A DNA stretch of 64,000 nucleotides, taken from assembly GCF_009914755.1 (NCBI RefSeq), contig NC_060939.1; one strand, written 5' to 3'. Origin of the DNA: the human T2T-CHM13v2.0 reference genome, Homo sapiens. The notes below the pieces were generated by a model that saw nothing but the letters and a program-made list of their open reading frames with translations, ran no database searches and had not been told where the DNA came from. Both the position numbers and the translations under genes were made by a program. Positions 37,889 to 57,981 of the stretch are shown piece after piece. Positions within the stretch are counted from its first letter, which is position 1. Every line of letters starts with the position of its first letter.

Positions 37889-38345
37889 GTAAGTTTTTGT
37901 GTGCAGCAGAGAGGGGAGGGTAGTTTTTCCAAGTCTTCGGGGAACCCCATTATTGCATGCTTGTGGTCTTAACAGAATCGTGGGTAGATTGAGGTGATGG
38001 TTGGGGGGTGCTGGAATCATCCATTCCATTTGCTGCATAAGAAAACTGTAGAAGGAGGCCGGGCATGGTGGTTCACGCCTATGTAATCCCAGCACTTTGG
38101 GAGGCGGAGGCAGGAGAATCACCTGAGATCAGGAGTTCCAGACCATCCTGGCCAACATGGTGAAACCCCGTCTCTACTAAAAATTCAAAAATTAGCTGGG
38201 CGTGGTGGTGCATGCTGGTAATTCCAGCACTTTGGGAGGCTGAAGCGGGTGGATCACCTGAGGTCAGAAGTTTGAGACCAGACTGGCTAACATCGCAAAA
38301 CCCCGTTTCTACTAAAAATACAAAAACAAGCCGGGCATGGTGCTA

Positions 38346-38627
<282 letters not shown>

Positions 38628-38724
38628 TTACAGGCACCTGCTGGTATGTGCAGGGCACCTTCCGGGAAGGGCTGTCAGCTGTGTCCTCCTCTGCTCATGC
38701 CCTCTGGGGTTCTTTTCCTCGCAG

Positions 38725-38849
38725 GCTTGTCGGACGCCCAGCCGGGATGAGGCCAGGGTGGAACTGCTGATGACATACTTCATCCAGCTGGGCTTTGTTG
38801 AGAATTGATTCTTCCCACCCACGCGGCAGATGGGACTCCTGTTCACCTG
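38725..38849 (+). pseudogene. RHPN2: RHPN2 exon 6 copy (125 nt, nonsense)
   Basis: cgcag|GCTTGT...ACCTG|gtaggt; [40 protein letters not shown], TGA at 38806-38808. Confidence 0.92.
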
Positions 38850-39252
38850 GTAGGTGCTTGAGGTCTGCGCTGGCGCTTCACGTGTTATGGCAGCCACAGT
38901 TTCGGAGCCTCAGCATCACAGACGCCCCTCTGCGGGCACCTCAGCCCCTTTTCCTATCTTGCATTTATCCGGGGTGCACCCCTGTGCACCTCAGCCCCCT
39001 TTCCTATCTTGCATTTATCCAGGGAAGTCTAGAAAGATATCAATACATTGGTATTTATTTATGAAGGTGATCCGAGGGAGATGGCCCCAACAGACTGTGG
39101 CCTCTTGCTTCTCAGAACAGGTGAGCCAAGGAGAGGAGACATTTTTCTTGCTTGTTGTATCACTGGGGAAGCACAGGGCTCTGAAATGGAATTAGTCAGA
39201 AGCAAGATTCTTGTCTCAGATTGGACTGGGGCATGCATGTGTATGTGTGAGT

Positions 39253-39255
<3 letters not shown>

Positions 39256-39284
<29 letters not shown>
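39256..39284. repeat. (GA)n microsatellite
   Basis: Uninterrupted GAGAGA run. Confidence 0.9.
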
Positions 39285-39287
<3 letters not shown>

Positions 39288-39921
39288 TCAGGTCTTGTCC
39301 AGTGAGACAAAAGCACCAAACAGAAATAGATCAGGTTTCTTTTGAAATGGGGTCTCACTGTGTTGCCCAGGCTAGTCTTGAATTCCTGGGCTCAGGTGAT
39401 ATTTCTGCCTCAGCCTCCTGAGTAGCTGGGACTATAGGCATGAGCTACACACTCAGCTTAGATCAGATTTAAAAAATGGAAGTAGAGGATTTGATTCTTC
39501 TCCACAATTGGTATTTTCAGACAAGATCAGGCACGTCAGGGTGGTATGGCCGTAGACCCAATTGGTGTTTTCAAAGATTAGTATACTTTAAATACTTGGG
39601 AGCCCGGGTACAGTGGTTTTCACACCTATAATGCCAACACTTTGGGAGGCTGAGGCAAGCAGATCACTTGACCCCAGGAGTTTGAGACCAGCCTGGGCAA
39701 TGTGGCAAAACCCCATATCTACAAACAATACAAAAATTTGCTGGGTACGATGGTATGCACCTGTAGTCCCAGGTACTCGTGAGGCTGAGGCAAGAGAATC
39801 ACTTGAGCCTGGGAGGCAGAGGTTGCAGTGAGCCTAGATCACACCACCGCACTGCAGCCTGGGTGATAGGAGTGAAACCCTGTTTCAAAAAAGAAAAAAA
39901 AAGGCTGAGTGTGGTGGTTCA

Positions 39922-40320
<399 letters not shown>

Positions 40321-40521
40321 CTATAGCCGATGGTTGGCTACTGATGCCTTCCTCATTGAAAGCAAAGGAAAGGGGGATGACTTTTCCTAACAATGCACCA
40401 GGCTGTCTGCATGGTGAAAGGTGGTTTCTCCTTAGTCATGAATTAGGGAGAAGCTGTCTGCACACCCCTTGGTTCATGAGTAAACTTTAAAACAAGTCCT
40501 AGGGCCAGGTGCGGTGGCTCA

Positions 40522-40785
<264 letters not shown>

Positions 40786-40937
40786 TTAAAAAAAAAATAA
40801 ATAAATAATACAAGTCCTAGGCTGGGTGTGGTGGTTCACATCTGGAATCCCAGCATGTTGGGAGGCCGAGGTTGGTGGATCACTTGAGCCCAGGAGTTTG
40901 AGACCAGTCTAGGCAACACAGTGAGACCCCATCTCTA

Positions 40938-41078
<141 letters not shown>

Positions 41079-41114
41079 CTAGGCAACAGAGTGAGACTTG
41101 GTCTGAAAAAATAA

Positions 41115-41435
<321 letters not shown>

Positions 41436-42357
41436 TGAGCTCAAGCCATCCACCTGCCTTGGCCTCTAAAGTGCTGGGATTACAAGTGTAAGCCACTGCA
41501 CCTGGCCCTTTTTTTTTTTTTTTTTTTTGAGACGGAGTCTTGCTCTGTTGCCTAGGCTGGAGGACAGTGGCGTGATCTCGGCTCACTGCAACCTCCGCCT
41601 CCTGGGTTCAAGTGATTCTTCTGCCTCAGCCTCCTGAGTAGCTGGGACTACAGGTGTGCCCCACCACGCCTGGCTAATTTTTGTATTTTTAGTAGAGATG
41701 GGGTTTCACCACGTTGGCCAGGCTGGTCTCAATCCCTGGCCTTGTGATCTGCCTGCCTCGGGCTCCCAAAGTGCTGGGATTACAGGCATGAGCCATCGCA
41801 CCTGGCGCATTTTTTTTTTTTTTTTTATAATTGAGGAACTTACCTGACACATCATTATCACCCAGAGTCCATAGTTCCCATTAGGGTTCATTCTTGCACT
41901 TGTGTATTCTGCAGCTTTTGGCCAACATAGAGTGACAGTGATCCATCTTTGCAGTGTCGTACAGAAGAGTTTCACTGCTGGAAAAATCCTCCGTGTGCTC
42001 TGCCGTTCCTCCCTCCCTCCCCCTAAGTCCTGGCAACCCCTGATCTTTCTTCTGTCTCCCGGGTTTTTGGCTTTTCAGAATGTTGGACTCACACAGCGTG
42101 CTATACAGTAGGTAGCAACGTTCAGGTTGGCTCTTAGTAATGTTTCCTCTGCATCTTTTCAAGGCTTGCTTGAAAAGGCTCCATTTTTAGTACTGAGTAA
42201 TAGTCCATTGTCTGGATGTCCCATGCTGTGTTTATAAAGTTACCCCATCAGATATTTGTGTGTGTGGCTGTGGCGGTCAGTGCGATTAGTCCTGTCATCT
42301 TGCTTGGAAACAAAAGCCTCAGTGCATGTGCATTCTTGAATTTTATTGAAGAAATGA

Positions 42358-42698
<341 letters not shown>

Positions 42699-42973
42699 TA
42701 AAAAAAAAAATTAGGCAGGTATGGTGGCATGCACCTGTAATCCCAGCTATTCTCATGAGGCTGAGGTGGGAGGATCAATTGAGCCCTAAAGTTGGAGGCT
42801 GCAGTAAGCTATGATCACACCACTGCACTCCAGCCTGGGCAACAGAGTGAGATCCTGACTCTTAAAAAAATAATAATAGAGCCAGGCACAGTGGCTCACG
42901 CCTGTAATCCCAGCACTTTGGGAGGCTGAGGTGGGCGGATCATGAGGTCAGGAGATCGAGACCATCCTGGCTA

Positions 42974-43225
<252 letters not shown>

Positions 43226-43270
43226 CTAGCCAAGTAATCTGTACTCCCTGAATGTATTTCTTTCACATAG

Positions 43271-43648
<378 letters not shown>

Positions 43649-43708
43649 TCACGAAGGTCAGGAGATCGAGACCATCCTGGCTAACATGGTGAAACCCCAT
43701 CTCTACTA

Positions 43709-44074
<366 letters not shown>

Positions 44075-44586
44075 TTAGGTGTACCCTATCTGTGCATATT
44101 ACTCTCCGTGCCTTTATTTATTTATTTATTTATTTATGAGATGGAGTTTTGCCCTTGTCGCCCAGGCTGGAGTGCAGTGGCGCAATGTTGGCTCACTGCT
44201 TGAAACCTCCCAGTTTCAAGCGATTCTCCTGCCTCAGCCTCCTGAGTAGCTGGGATTACAGGCACTCGCTACCACGCCCGGCTAATTTTTGTATTTTTAG
44301 TGGAGATGGGGTCTCACCATCCTGGCCAGGCTGGTCTCGAATTCCTGACCTCAGGTGTTCCGCCTGCCTCAGCCTCCCAAAATGCTGGGATTACAGGGTG
44401 AGCCACCGCACCCTGCCCCTCCATGCCTTTATGTCACCTGCATTCTGCCAACTTCTCCAGCATGAGGTGGGTGTTCTCAACCCTTGGTCAAGTGATGCAT
44501 TCAAAGGATGTCTCATAGCTCAGTTCCCTTCTTCTGGGAACTGTCTTTTGTTATTTTATTTTATTTATTTGTTTATTTTGAGATAG

Positions 44587-44799
<213 letters not shown>

Positions 44800-45946
44800 T
44801 AATCCTAGTATGAGAACGAGGTGCGGGGTCGAGGAGAAAAGCAACCTAGTGCTTACACCTGTAGAGGACCGGGGTCACCAGACCCAGTGCTGTGGGTGAG
44901 CCTGGCATGGCTCACCCTTGCCTACGGGTTCTGCCTTGCTCCCCCATAGCAGGGCCTGTGTCTGGGTCAGACTCCCTGTGGGGATGGATGCAAGAGCAGG
45001 GCACAGTGTAGACCACAGTGTGTTCTCCACACTAGCTCTATAGTGTGTTGCCTTCTAGGTTGATCATCGACATTCTGCTTTGGGGTGTGATCCCCTTCCA
45101 CCCATGTGGATCATTGTTTGATATCACTTTGCCCTGCAAGCTTGTGAAGAACCAGAGCTTTGCCACTTCAACTCATTGTGAAATTTCTGATGTTACAATG
45201 ATTGGTCCTACCAGCCTGGGCCACACAGGAAGACCCTGTCTCTACAACATATTTAAAATTAGCCAGGCGTGGTGGTGTACGCCCATAGTTCTAGCTACTC
45301 CAGAGGCTAAGACAGGAGGATCACTTAAGCCCAGGAGTTTGAGGCTGCAGTGAGCTATGATTGTCAAAAAGAATTTTTTTTTTAATTCAAGAAATAGGCC
45401 AGGCATGGTGGCTCATGCCTGTAATCCCAGCACTTTAGGAGGCTGAGGTGGGTGGATTGCTGGAGCTCAGGAATTTGAGATCAGCCTGGGCAACAAGGCA
45501 AAACTCCATCTCTACAAAAAGTACAAAAATTAGCTGGGCCTGGTGGTGCATGCCTGTAGTCTCAGCTACTTGGGAGGCTGAGATGGAAGGATCAGCCAAG
45601 GTTGTGGTAAGCCAAGATCGTGCCATTGCACTCCAGCCTGGGCGACAGAGCAAGAACCTGTCTCAAAAAATAATTAATTAATTAAAAAAATGAAAGATTG
45701 GTCTCTTGGGATGAAGCGATATGCTAAGATTCCAAGTATGAGTTGATTTCTTTTGTTGTAAATCTTTTTTCTGGACTCATCTTTCTGGGGAATCTTAGGC
45801 AGGCACTCTGTGTCCTGTCTCTGAGATTATAGCAGTGGAGACAAATTATAGATGAAATGAAGCAAGTGGGAGAACAGTGGGGAGGGTGAGGGAACCCCCA
45901 CGGAGCTCACAGCTCAAAACAGCAGGTGCCATCCCTCCACAGGGTG

Positions 45947-45981
<35 letters not shown>

Positions 45982-46024
45982 CAGCAACAAAACCAGAGGA
46001 CCCAGTTGGATGGGATTCATATGA

Positions 46025-46273
<249 letters not shown>

Positions 46274-46680
46274 TGAGTAGCTGGGATTATAGGTGTGTAC
46301 CATCATGCCTGGCTAATTTTTATAATTTTAGTAGAGGCAGGGTTTTGCCATGTTGGCCAGGCTGGTCTTGAACCTGACCTCAGGTGATCCACCCGCCTCG
46401 GCCTCCCAAAGTGCTGGGATTAGAGGCATGAGCCACCGCACCTGGCCAGAATAGATCTTTCTTGAGGTCCAGGGGAAAAGCCCTGGACTGCTGAATGACT
46501 CAGATCTTATGTGTGAGCCTGGCCGCCTGTGAGCCCCTCAGTCCTTCTGCCTGCTCTCTGCTTGCATCTCCATACCTGTCATGATGGAATTTTGTCCCAG
46601 GTGACACAGGAGTTGTGGGGAGCAGGCTGGTTTCTCTACTCAATAGAGATGTAAGTGTTTTGGAAGACAATCCAATTTTA

Positions 46681-46833
<153 letters not shown>

Positions 46834-46836
46834 CTA

Positions 46837-46959
<123 letters not shown>

Positions 46960-46989
46960 TTATTTATAAATAAATAAATAAATAGTGTT

Positions 46990-48170
<1,181 letters not shown>

Positions 48171-48570
48171 TTGTAGGACACTGGTTCTTTTTTTTTTTCT
48201 CCTATCTTTCCTTTTTTTTTTTTTTTTTTTTGAGACGGAGTCTGGAGTGCAGTAGTGAGATATCAGCTCACTGCAACCTCTGTCTCCTGGGCTCAAGCAA
48301 TCCTCCTGCCTCAGCCTCCAGAGGAGCTGAGACTATAGGTGCACGCCATCACACCCAGCTAATTTTTGTATTTTTTGTAGAGACAGGGTTTCACCATGTT
48401 GCCCACACTGGTCTTAAATTCCTGATGCAAGTGATCTGCTCGCTTTGGCCTCCCAAAGTGTTGGGATTATGGGCATGAGCCACCGCACCTGGCCTCCTAT
48501 CTTTCTCTACAGCAACGTGATGAAGTAAATGTAAACCCGAACTAATGGGCAAAACATTTTCCACTTTTAG

Positions 48571-48758
48571 GGGTTTTAAACTACCTGAAAGAGACATTTA
48601 CCCATACTCCAAGTTACGACATGAGCCCTGCCATGCTCAGCGTGCTTGTCAAAATGATGCTTGCACAAGCCCAAGAAAGCGTGTTTGAGAAAATCAGCCT
48701 TCCTGGGATCCGGAATGAATTCTTCATGCTGGTGAAGGTGGCTCAGGAGGCTGCCAAG
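48571..48758 (+). pseudogene. RHPN2: RHPN2 exon 8 copy (188 nt)
   Basis: tttag|GGGTTTTA...GCCAAG|gtaaga; [62 protein letters not shown]. Confidence 0.93.
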
Positions 48759-49167
48759 GTAAGACTCCCTGGTTCCTGTGACTTTGGGGAGTGGGCAGGA
48801 AATGCTGGCACAGGAGCACTGGAAGTAGCGGGGCCTTCCCACGGGAGCTTGCCTGTGACCTGGGCATTGTGCCAGCTCCGGCCAGTACTGCTGGCTTGAG
48901 TTTTCTTGGCAAGTGTTGGTGTTTCAGATACGGATCACTGATTCCATGTGCAGCTTAACCTAAAAACCAGCATAATGACAGCAGCCTGATCCCCCTGTTA
49001 ACTGTGACAGTGACAGAACGAGGGGTTGCTTGGAGTTGCTCCCAGATTCTGGAGCAGCCCCTGGCAGGGGCTGTTGCATGAGAAGAAGAAAGGGCTCTTT
49101 CTCTGCAAATGGGTTCATGAGGGCCCTTGTGCCGGGCTGCCCCTTCCCAATGCCCCTTCTATTTCAG

Positions 49168-49324
49168 GTGGGAGAGGTCTACCAACAGCTGCACGCAGCC
49201 ATGAGCCAGGCGCCGGTGAAAGAGAACATCCCCTACTCCTGGGCCAGCTTGGCCTGCGTGAAGGCCCACCACTACACGGCGCTGGCCCACTACTTCACTG
49301 CCATCCTCCTCATTGACCACCAGG
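49168..49324 (+). pseudogene. RHPN2: RHPN2 exon 9 copy (157 nt)
   Basis: ttcag|GTGGGA...CACCAGG|gtaagg; VGEVYQQLHAAMSQAPVKENIPYSWASLACVKAHHYTALAHYFTAILLIDHQ. Confidence 0.93.
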
Positions 49325-49591
49325 GTAAGGCCTGTGGGGTTCAGGGGTTTGGCCAGGGCTGTGGTCCAGCTGCCCCAGGGGTGATTCTGAGCTGAGCGAG
49401 AGCTAACTGCCTTCCCTGGAGATGCTCACAGGCTGAAGGCAGAGGATGAGAATGACCCATGACTGAGGCAGCTGCTGCACAGGCCATGGTGGGGTTAGGG
49501 GTTATAAGCTTCTTTAGAGAGAGGAAGAGGAGGCACCTTTAATTCTGCCTGTGTGCAAGAGGATGAATTTTCACCTGGAATCTAGAATCTA

Positions 49592-49999
<408 letters not shown>

Positions 50000-51125
50000 T
50001 CAGAATTTAATTTAATTTAATTTAATTTAATTTATTTTTTGGGGTGGGGCTGGAGTGCAGTGGTATGATCATGGCTCACTGCCTTCTTGAACTCCTGGGC
50101 TCAAGCGATCCTCCTACTTCAGCCTCCTGAATACCTGGGACTACAGGCACATGACACTACACCAGTTAATTGAAAAAAATTTTTTTTGTAGAGATGGAGT
50201 CTCACTATGTTGCCTAGGTTGGTTTCAAACTCCTGGCCTCAAGCAATTGTCCTGCCTTGGCCTCCCCAAAGTGTTGGCATTACAGGCATGAGCCACGGGT
50301 GCCTGGCCAGGGATTTTTGATCTAATGAGTACTAATCCAGGCAGCCTCCTGAGGAATTAAAAAGACAGCCTCTGGAGCCAGACTTCCTGGGTTCATATCT
50401 CAGCTCTGCCATGAATGAGCTGTATTACCTTGGGCAAGTTACTTAGCTGTCCTCTGCCTCGATTTTCTCATCTGTAAAATGGGTATATGGAGAGACTCTA
50501 CCTCACAGGCTGTCATGAAAATGAAGGGCCTGTATGCAAAGCTCAATAATGCTTTATATGCTGTAGGTTCTCTGAAAGTGTGAGCCACCACTCCTAGTAC
50601 TATATAGTCTATTAGGTGAGACAAGATGTGGAAACAAATAGAAATACCATATAGTGCCTTGGTGATTGCTGCAGAGACACAAATGCAGCAGAAGGTGGAC
50701 TCCATGGTGCAGTCATTGATGGCTTCTCAGAGGCGGTGACATTTGAGTTCAACTTTTCCATCTGCACAGGAGGGCAGGGTCAGCCTAGAGGGAGTAAAGT
50801 GTCTGAGCACAGGAATAGAGGCCGAGGGTGCTGGGGAAGTGGAGAGTGGTTTTGTGAGGTTTGAGAGCAGGATACGCACCAGGGAGGGTGTGGTTGAAGC
50901 AGGAAGGGGCTGTGCTGCAGGTGTGCAGGCCTGCAGAGGGGTGCAGGCCTGCAGAGGGGTGCAGGCCAGGCATGACAGGGTCTGGGCTATGCTAGGAGGT
51001 TCTGTGTGGTGGGTGAGTCAGAGGAGGTAGCGTGTGGGGGCTCAGGGTCAAATTATGAACCTCACCAGGTGTGGTGGTTCACACCTACAATCCCAGCACT
51101 TTGGGAGGCCGAGCTGGGTGGATCA

Positions 51126-51581
<456 letters not shown>

Positions 51582-51906
51582 TCAGGAGGCTGAGGTGGGA
51601 GGATCACTTGAGCCCAGGAGTTCAAGGCTGCAGTGAACTATGATTGTGCCATTGCACTCCAGCCTGGTGACAGAGTGAGACCACACTCCAACCTGAGTGA
51701 CAGAGTGAGACCGTCTCAAAGAAAAAAAAAGCTTGAGGGTCAGACTGCCTGGGGTGTGTCCAGGGGCAGAAAGGAGAGCGAGGATCCCAAATGCCTTGTG
51801 AAACTGCAGAAGAAAGGAAACTAGAGACATGGTAGAAAGAGAAATCTCTATGTGGGTCTGTGGCCAGATCCATGAGAGGGGATTTAACCTGTGGTTCTCT
51901 TTGCAG

Positions 51907-52026
51907 TGAAGCCAGGCATGGATCTGGACCACCAGGAGAAGTGCCTGTCCCAGCTCTACGACCACATGCCAGAGGGGCTGACACCCTTGGCCACACTGAA
52001 GAATGATCAGCAGCGCCGACAGCTGG
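51907..52026 (+). pseudogene. RHPN2: RHPN2 exon 10 copy (120 nt)
   Basis: tgcag|TGAAGCC...CAGCTGG|gtgtgt; KPGMDLDHQEKCLSQLYDHMPEGLTPLATLKNDQQRRQL. Confidence 0.92.
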
Positions 52027-52549
52027 GTGTGTGTCCCTCTGCATCCAGATGTGGGTCCCACTTTGTGCCCAGCTGATCCTGCTCACAGACAGCCACAGAG
52101 AGGTCCCTGAAGAGGGCCCGGGAGAGGGGGGTGTTCCAAGTCATCGTGGCCACTTTGGGTTCAGAAGTCATGAGGTGCAGTCCTGAGCCTCAGAGGGCTT
52201 CCCAGGCTGTGTTCTCATGGGTTCCATAGCACCCAGGCCTCCCACTGTGGAGCCAGGACTTTAACCATCTCCCTTGGGGTCCATAGGGTGGCCTGTATCA
52301 TGCTAACAGGGAAGGAAACGTTTGTTGATTTCTTTATGCATGGCTGAATTACCAAGAACACCTAATGACTGGTAATGAAGTGTCCTGGTTTGGTCTCTGC
52401 CATGTCTCAGTGTGAATATCTCTTCCCATGTGCAGACCTCACCTCCACCACCCTAATCTGCCCCCACGCACACATACGCAGCTTCCCCGTCTCAGTGATG
52501 GCAACTCCCACCCCTCTAGGTGCTCAGGCCAGAAACCTTGGACTCACTC

Positions 52550-53340
52550 TCCACTCTTCTTTTCTTTCCTCCTCTTTCCCCTCCTCTCCCCTCTGCTCCC
52601 CTCCCCTCCCCTCCTGTCCCGTTCTCTCCCCTCCTCTTCCCTCCCCTCTGTTACCCTCCCCTCCCCTCCTCTCCCCTTCTCTCCCCTCTCTTCTCCCCTC
52701 CCCTGCTCTCCTCTCTCCGCCGTCCTCCCTCTCCTCTCTCCTCCGTCCTCCCTCTCCTCTCCTCCTCCCTCTCCTCCCCCCTCTCCTCCCCTCCCCTCCT
52801 CCCCTCTCCTCCTCCCTCCCCTCCTCCCTCCCCTCCCCTCCTGCCTCTCCTCCCCTCCCCTCCTCCCTCTCCTCCCCTCCCCTCCTCCCTCTCCTCCCCT
52901 CCCCTCCTCCCTCTCCTCCCCTCCCCTCCTCCCTCTCCTCCCCTCCCCTCCTCCCTCTCCTCCCCTCCCCTCCTCCCTCTCCTCCCCTCCCCTCCTCCCT
53001 CTCCTCCCCTCCCTTCCCTTTCTCCCCTCCCCTCCCTTCCCATCCTTCCCCTCCTCTCCTCTCCTCCCCTCTCCCACCTCCCCTTCACTCCCCTTTCTCC
53101 TCCTCTCCCCTCCCCTCTCCTCTCATCCTTCCTCCTCTCCCCTCACCCTTCCCCTCTCCCCTCATCCCCTCCCCTCTCCCCTCATCCCCTCCCCTCTCCT
53201 CCCCTTTTCTTGTTCCTTGTTGCTTTCCTTTTCTTTCCCTTTCCTTTCCTCTCCTTTATTCTTTCTTTCTCTCTTTCTCTCCTCCCCATCTACCCTTCTT
53301 CCCTCCTTTCCTCTTTCCTTTTCTTTCATTTGCTTTCTTT
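52550..53340. repeat. ~800-bp polypyrimidine/polypurine tract containing a 22-bp minisatellite (TCCTCCCTCTCCTCCCCTCCCC)
   Basis: Almost only C and T on the + strand. Six perfect 22-mers at 52861-52992 plus near-perfect flanking copies. Confidence 0.95.
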
Positions 53341-54299
53341 GACAGCGTCTTGCTGTCCCCCAGGCTGCAGTGCAGTAGTGCAATCACAGCTCAGTGCAGC
53401 CTCGAACTCCTGGCTTCAAGTGATCCTCCTGCCTCAGCCTGCTGAGTAGATGGGACTATAGGCATGCACCACCATGCCCGGCTAATATTGTAAAAAGGTT
53501 TTTGTAGAGATGCGGTCTCACTATGTTGCCCGGGCTGGTTTTGAACTCCTGGCTTCAAGTGATCCTCCTGCCTCAGCCTGCTGAGTAGCTGGGACTATAG
53601 GCATGCACCACCATGCCCGGCTAATATTGTAAAAAGGTTTTTGTAGAGATGCCGTCTCACTATGTTGCCCAGGCTGGTTTTGAACTCCTGGCCTCCAGCG
53701 ATCCTCCTGCCTCTGTCTCCCAAAGAGCTGGGTTTACAGGCACGAGCCGCCACACCTAACCTCTTGTCTTACTTTCTCACCCTACATTTGATTAGCAAAT
53801 CCCTTTGGCTGTACCTAGAAGACACACTCAAATCTGGCCACTTTAACCCTGCTGCCCTGGTGGAAGCCACATGTGTACAGTGCTTATGTAAGAAACATTT
53901 ACTCACTTAAACCCCACGCAACACTATGAGGTGGGTCTCATGGCATCCCCATTTTACAGCTGAGGAAACTGAGACCCAGAGCGGTCACGTGGCTTGCCCT
54001 GCTCATAGCTGGTTTTCTTGCTGCCCCTTCAGAGTCTGGTCATGCAGGCCAGATCACATCAGTCTCCTGCTCACACCCCAGTGGGCTCCCATCTCAAGCA
54101 GAACAGGAGTGAGAGCCCTTATCTTGCACGCGTGAGATCCGCCATGATCTGGCCTTGCTCCTTCCCTGCACTCATTCTGTCCCGCCCTCCCTGCCTCCAG
54201 GCACACCTTAGCTTCTCCTTGCCCTTGAACACCTGTGCGTGCCCCTGCTCCAGGGCCCTCGCACCTGCTGCTCTTTCACATCCATCAGGGCTCTGCTCA

Positions 54300-54641
<342 letters not shown>

Positions 54642-54895
54642 TCATAGGACAACCCCATTCCCAGTCTTCTCCTACCATCTCCGCTTACCCTGCTTTATTT
54701 TTCTCTATAACCTCATCACCAACCCATCCATTACATATTTCTTGTCTTGTTAGTTATCTGTCTTCAATCACTACATGTAAACTCCATGAATGTGGGGGCA
54801 GTTTGTTTACTCGTTGCTTTATCTCTAGTGCCTAACACATTTGGTAAATATTTGTTGAGTGAACATCTTATGGACACAAGTGAGCTTATTACCTA

Positions 54896-55090
<195 letters not shown>

Positions 55091-55247
55091 TCAAGAGTCA
55101 GAAGTGGGAATTTCAGTTGAGCCCAGGAGTTTGAGGCTGTGGTAAGCCATGATTGCACCACTGTACTCCAGCATGCGAAACAAAGTGAGACCCTGTCTCT
55201 AAATATAAAATATAAAATGAAATAAAATAATATTTTAATAAAAGGCT

Positions 55248-55767
55248 TGTTGTAACCAAGCGAGTTGTAGAGAAACGCCACACTTTGAGACTAATTCAGG
55301 AGTCATTTATTAGCCGGCAACTGAGAGACGGCTAATGCTCGAAATTCTCTCGGGCCTGAAGAAGGGGCTAGATTTTCTTTTATACTATGGTCTAAATAGG
55401 GGAGGGGGGTTTAACTGAAGCAATTTTACAGAAGCAGAATAGGCAAGAAGTTAAAAAAAGTAATTGGTTATAGAAGCAGTTACAAAAAATAAACAGTTCC
55501 AGGTGCAGGGGCTTAAACTATCACTGAGAGATAAATGCAGGGGCTTTAGGTACCTGCCACTGAGCACATCCCCAGGAGCTGCTGGTACAGCCTGCCTCAG
55601 TATCTTATCAGCAGTTTGCGTTCCTGGATGTGCTTGGAGTCAGCTTACACTAGTTATTCCCTTAAGGGGGATAAAGGGGGCTGCAAGTGAAGAAACTAAA
55701 ATGGAGTCTGTCCGGCTCTCTCTGCTAGGAGAGAGTCACTCAGGTTAAAACAAGGTAGGGTATCACG
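55248..55767 (-). mobile_element. ERV solo LTR, probably LTR3 family (HERV-K HML-6)
   Basis: ~520 bp. Minus strand begins GATACCCTACCTTGTTTTAACCTGAGTGACTCTCTCC, contains TATAAAAG and AATAAA in LTR order, and ends ...GCTTGGTTACA. Family assigned from recall. Confidence 0.65.
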
Positions 55768-55891
55768 GGCTCTAGCTATCCAGGCAGATTCTTTAGAAAA
55801 GAGAACGTCCAACCTCTTGGGCTGCCCCTTGGGCCCTTATGCTCTGCTTGGTGGATCTGCAGGTCACGTGGGTGCTGGCTTCCATCTGCGG

Positions 55892-56596
<705 letters not shown>

Positions 56597-57298
56597 TAGA
56601 AATTGACCAGCCTTATGTTAAGGGTAGTCCGAGCCTGCTGTGAAGATGCTGGTGGGGGTATGTAGCTGTCAATGGTTATGATTTGCCAAACCTCCTTTTC
56701 ACTGGGAAATCCTCATACCACATTAATAATGAAAAGGTCAAGCACGGTGGCTCAAACCTCTAATCTCAGCACTTTGGGAGGCCGAGGCAGGAGGATTACT
56801 TGAGCTCAGGAGTTTGAGACCAGCCTGGGCAACATAGTGAGACCCCATCTCTACAAAAAATTTAAAAAAAATTCATCAGGTGTGGTGGTGCATACCTATA
56901 GTTCCAGCTACTCGGGAGGCTGAGGCAGGAGAATCATTTGAGTCCAGGAGGTCAAGCTGCAAGAGAGCTGTGATCACACCACTGCACTCCAGCTTGCGCG
57001 ACAGAGCGACACCCTGTCTCAAAATAGTAATAATGTTGAAAACAGAAAGCTCAATATCCCAGGACTGTGTCCAGTGAGGCATGGAACTTCCATAACAATA
57101 ATACTTGAAACATAGATGACTTCTCAATAGGTTTTTTGTTTGTTTGTTTGTTTGTTTTTGAGAGGTCGTTTTGCTCTTGTCACCCAGGCTGGAGTGCAGT
57201 GGTGTGATCTCAGCTCACTGCAACCTCTGCCTCCCTGGTTCAAGCCTCAGCCTCCCAAGTAGCTGGTACTACAGGTGCGTGCCACCACGCCTGGCTAA

Positions 57299-57439
<141 letters not shown>

Positions 57440-57666
57440 TAGGGTTTTATGAGTGCCAGAGAAGCCCACTAAGCCCCTTAAATATCAGGAAACCCCATGG
57501 GAATGTGTCTGGTTATCACTCCTTGGTCCCAGCTCAGGAATGAGTTATACCTCCTATGGCTCACAGGAGGTACCCAAATGGAAGGTAGAGTTCAACCTAG
57601 GTCGGGGGTTGAGCTGTGTTCCATCTTCTTGTACTACTTGTCTAAACCGAGGGGAAGGATGTGTGA

Positions 57667-57981
<315 letters not shown>

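Noticed and set aside
50923-50967. 18-bp repeat GTGCAGGCCTGCAGAGGG x2.5 with an internal palindrome
   Set aside because: Trivial slippage repeat with no supporting context.
52375-53449. Long Pro/Ser/Leu-rich and Gly/Arg/Glu-rich ORFs (up to 356 aa)
   Set aside because: Artefact of a C/T-only tract that lacks stop codons; open in several frames at once.
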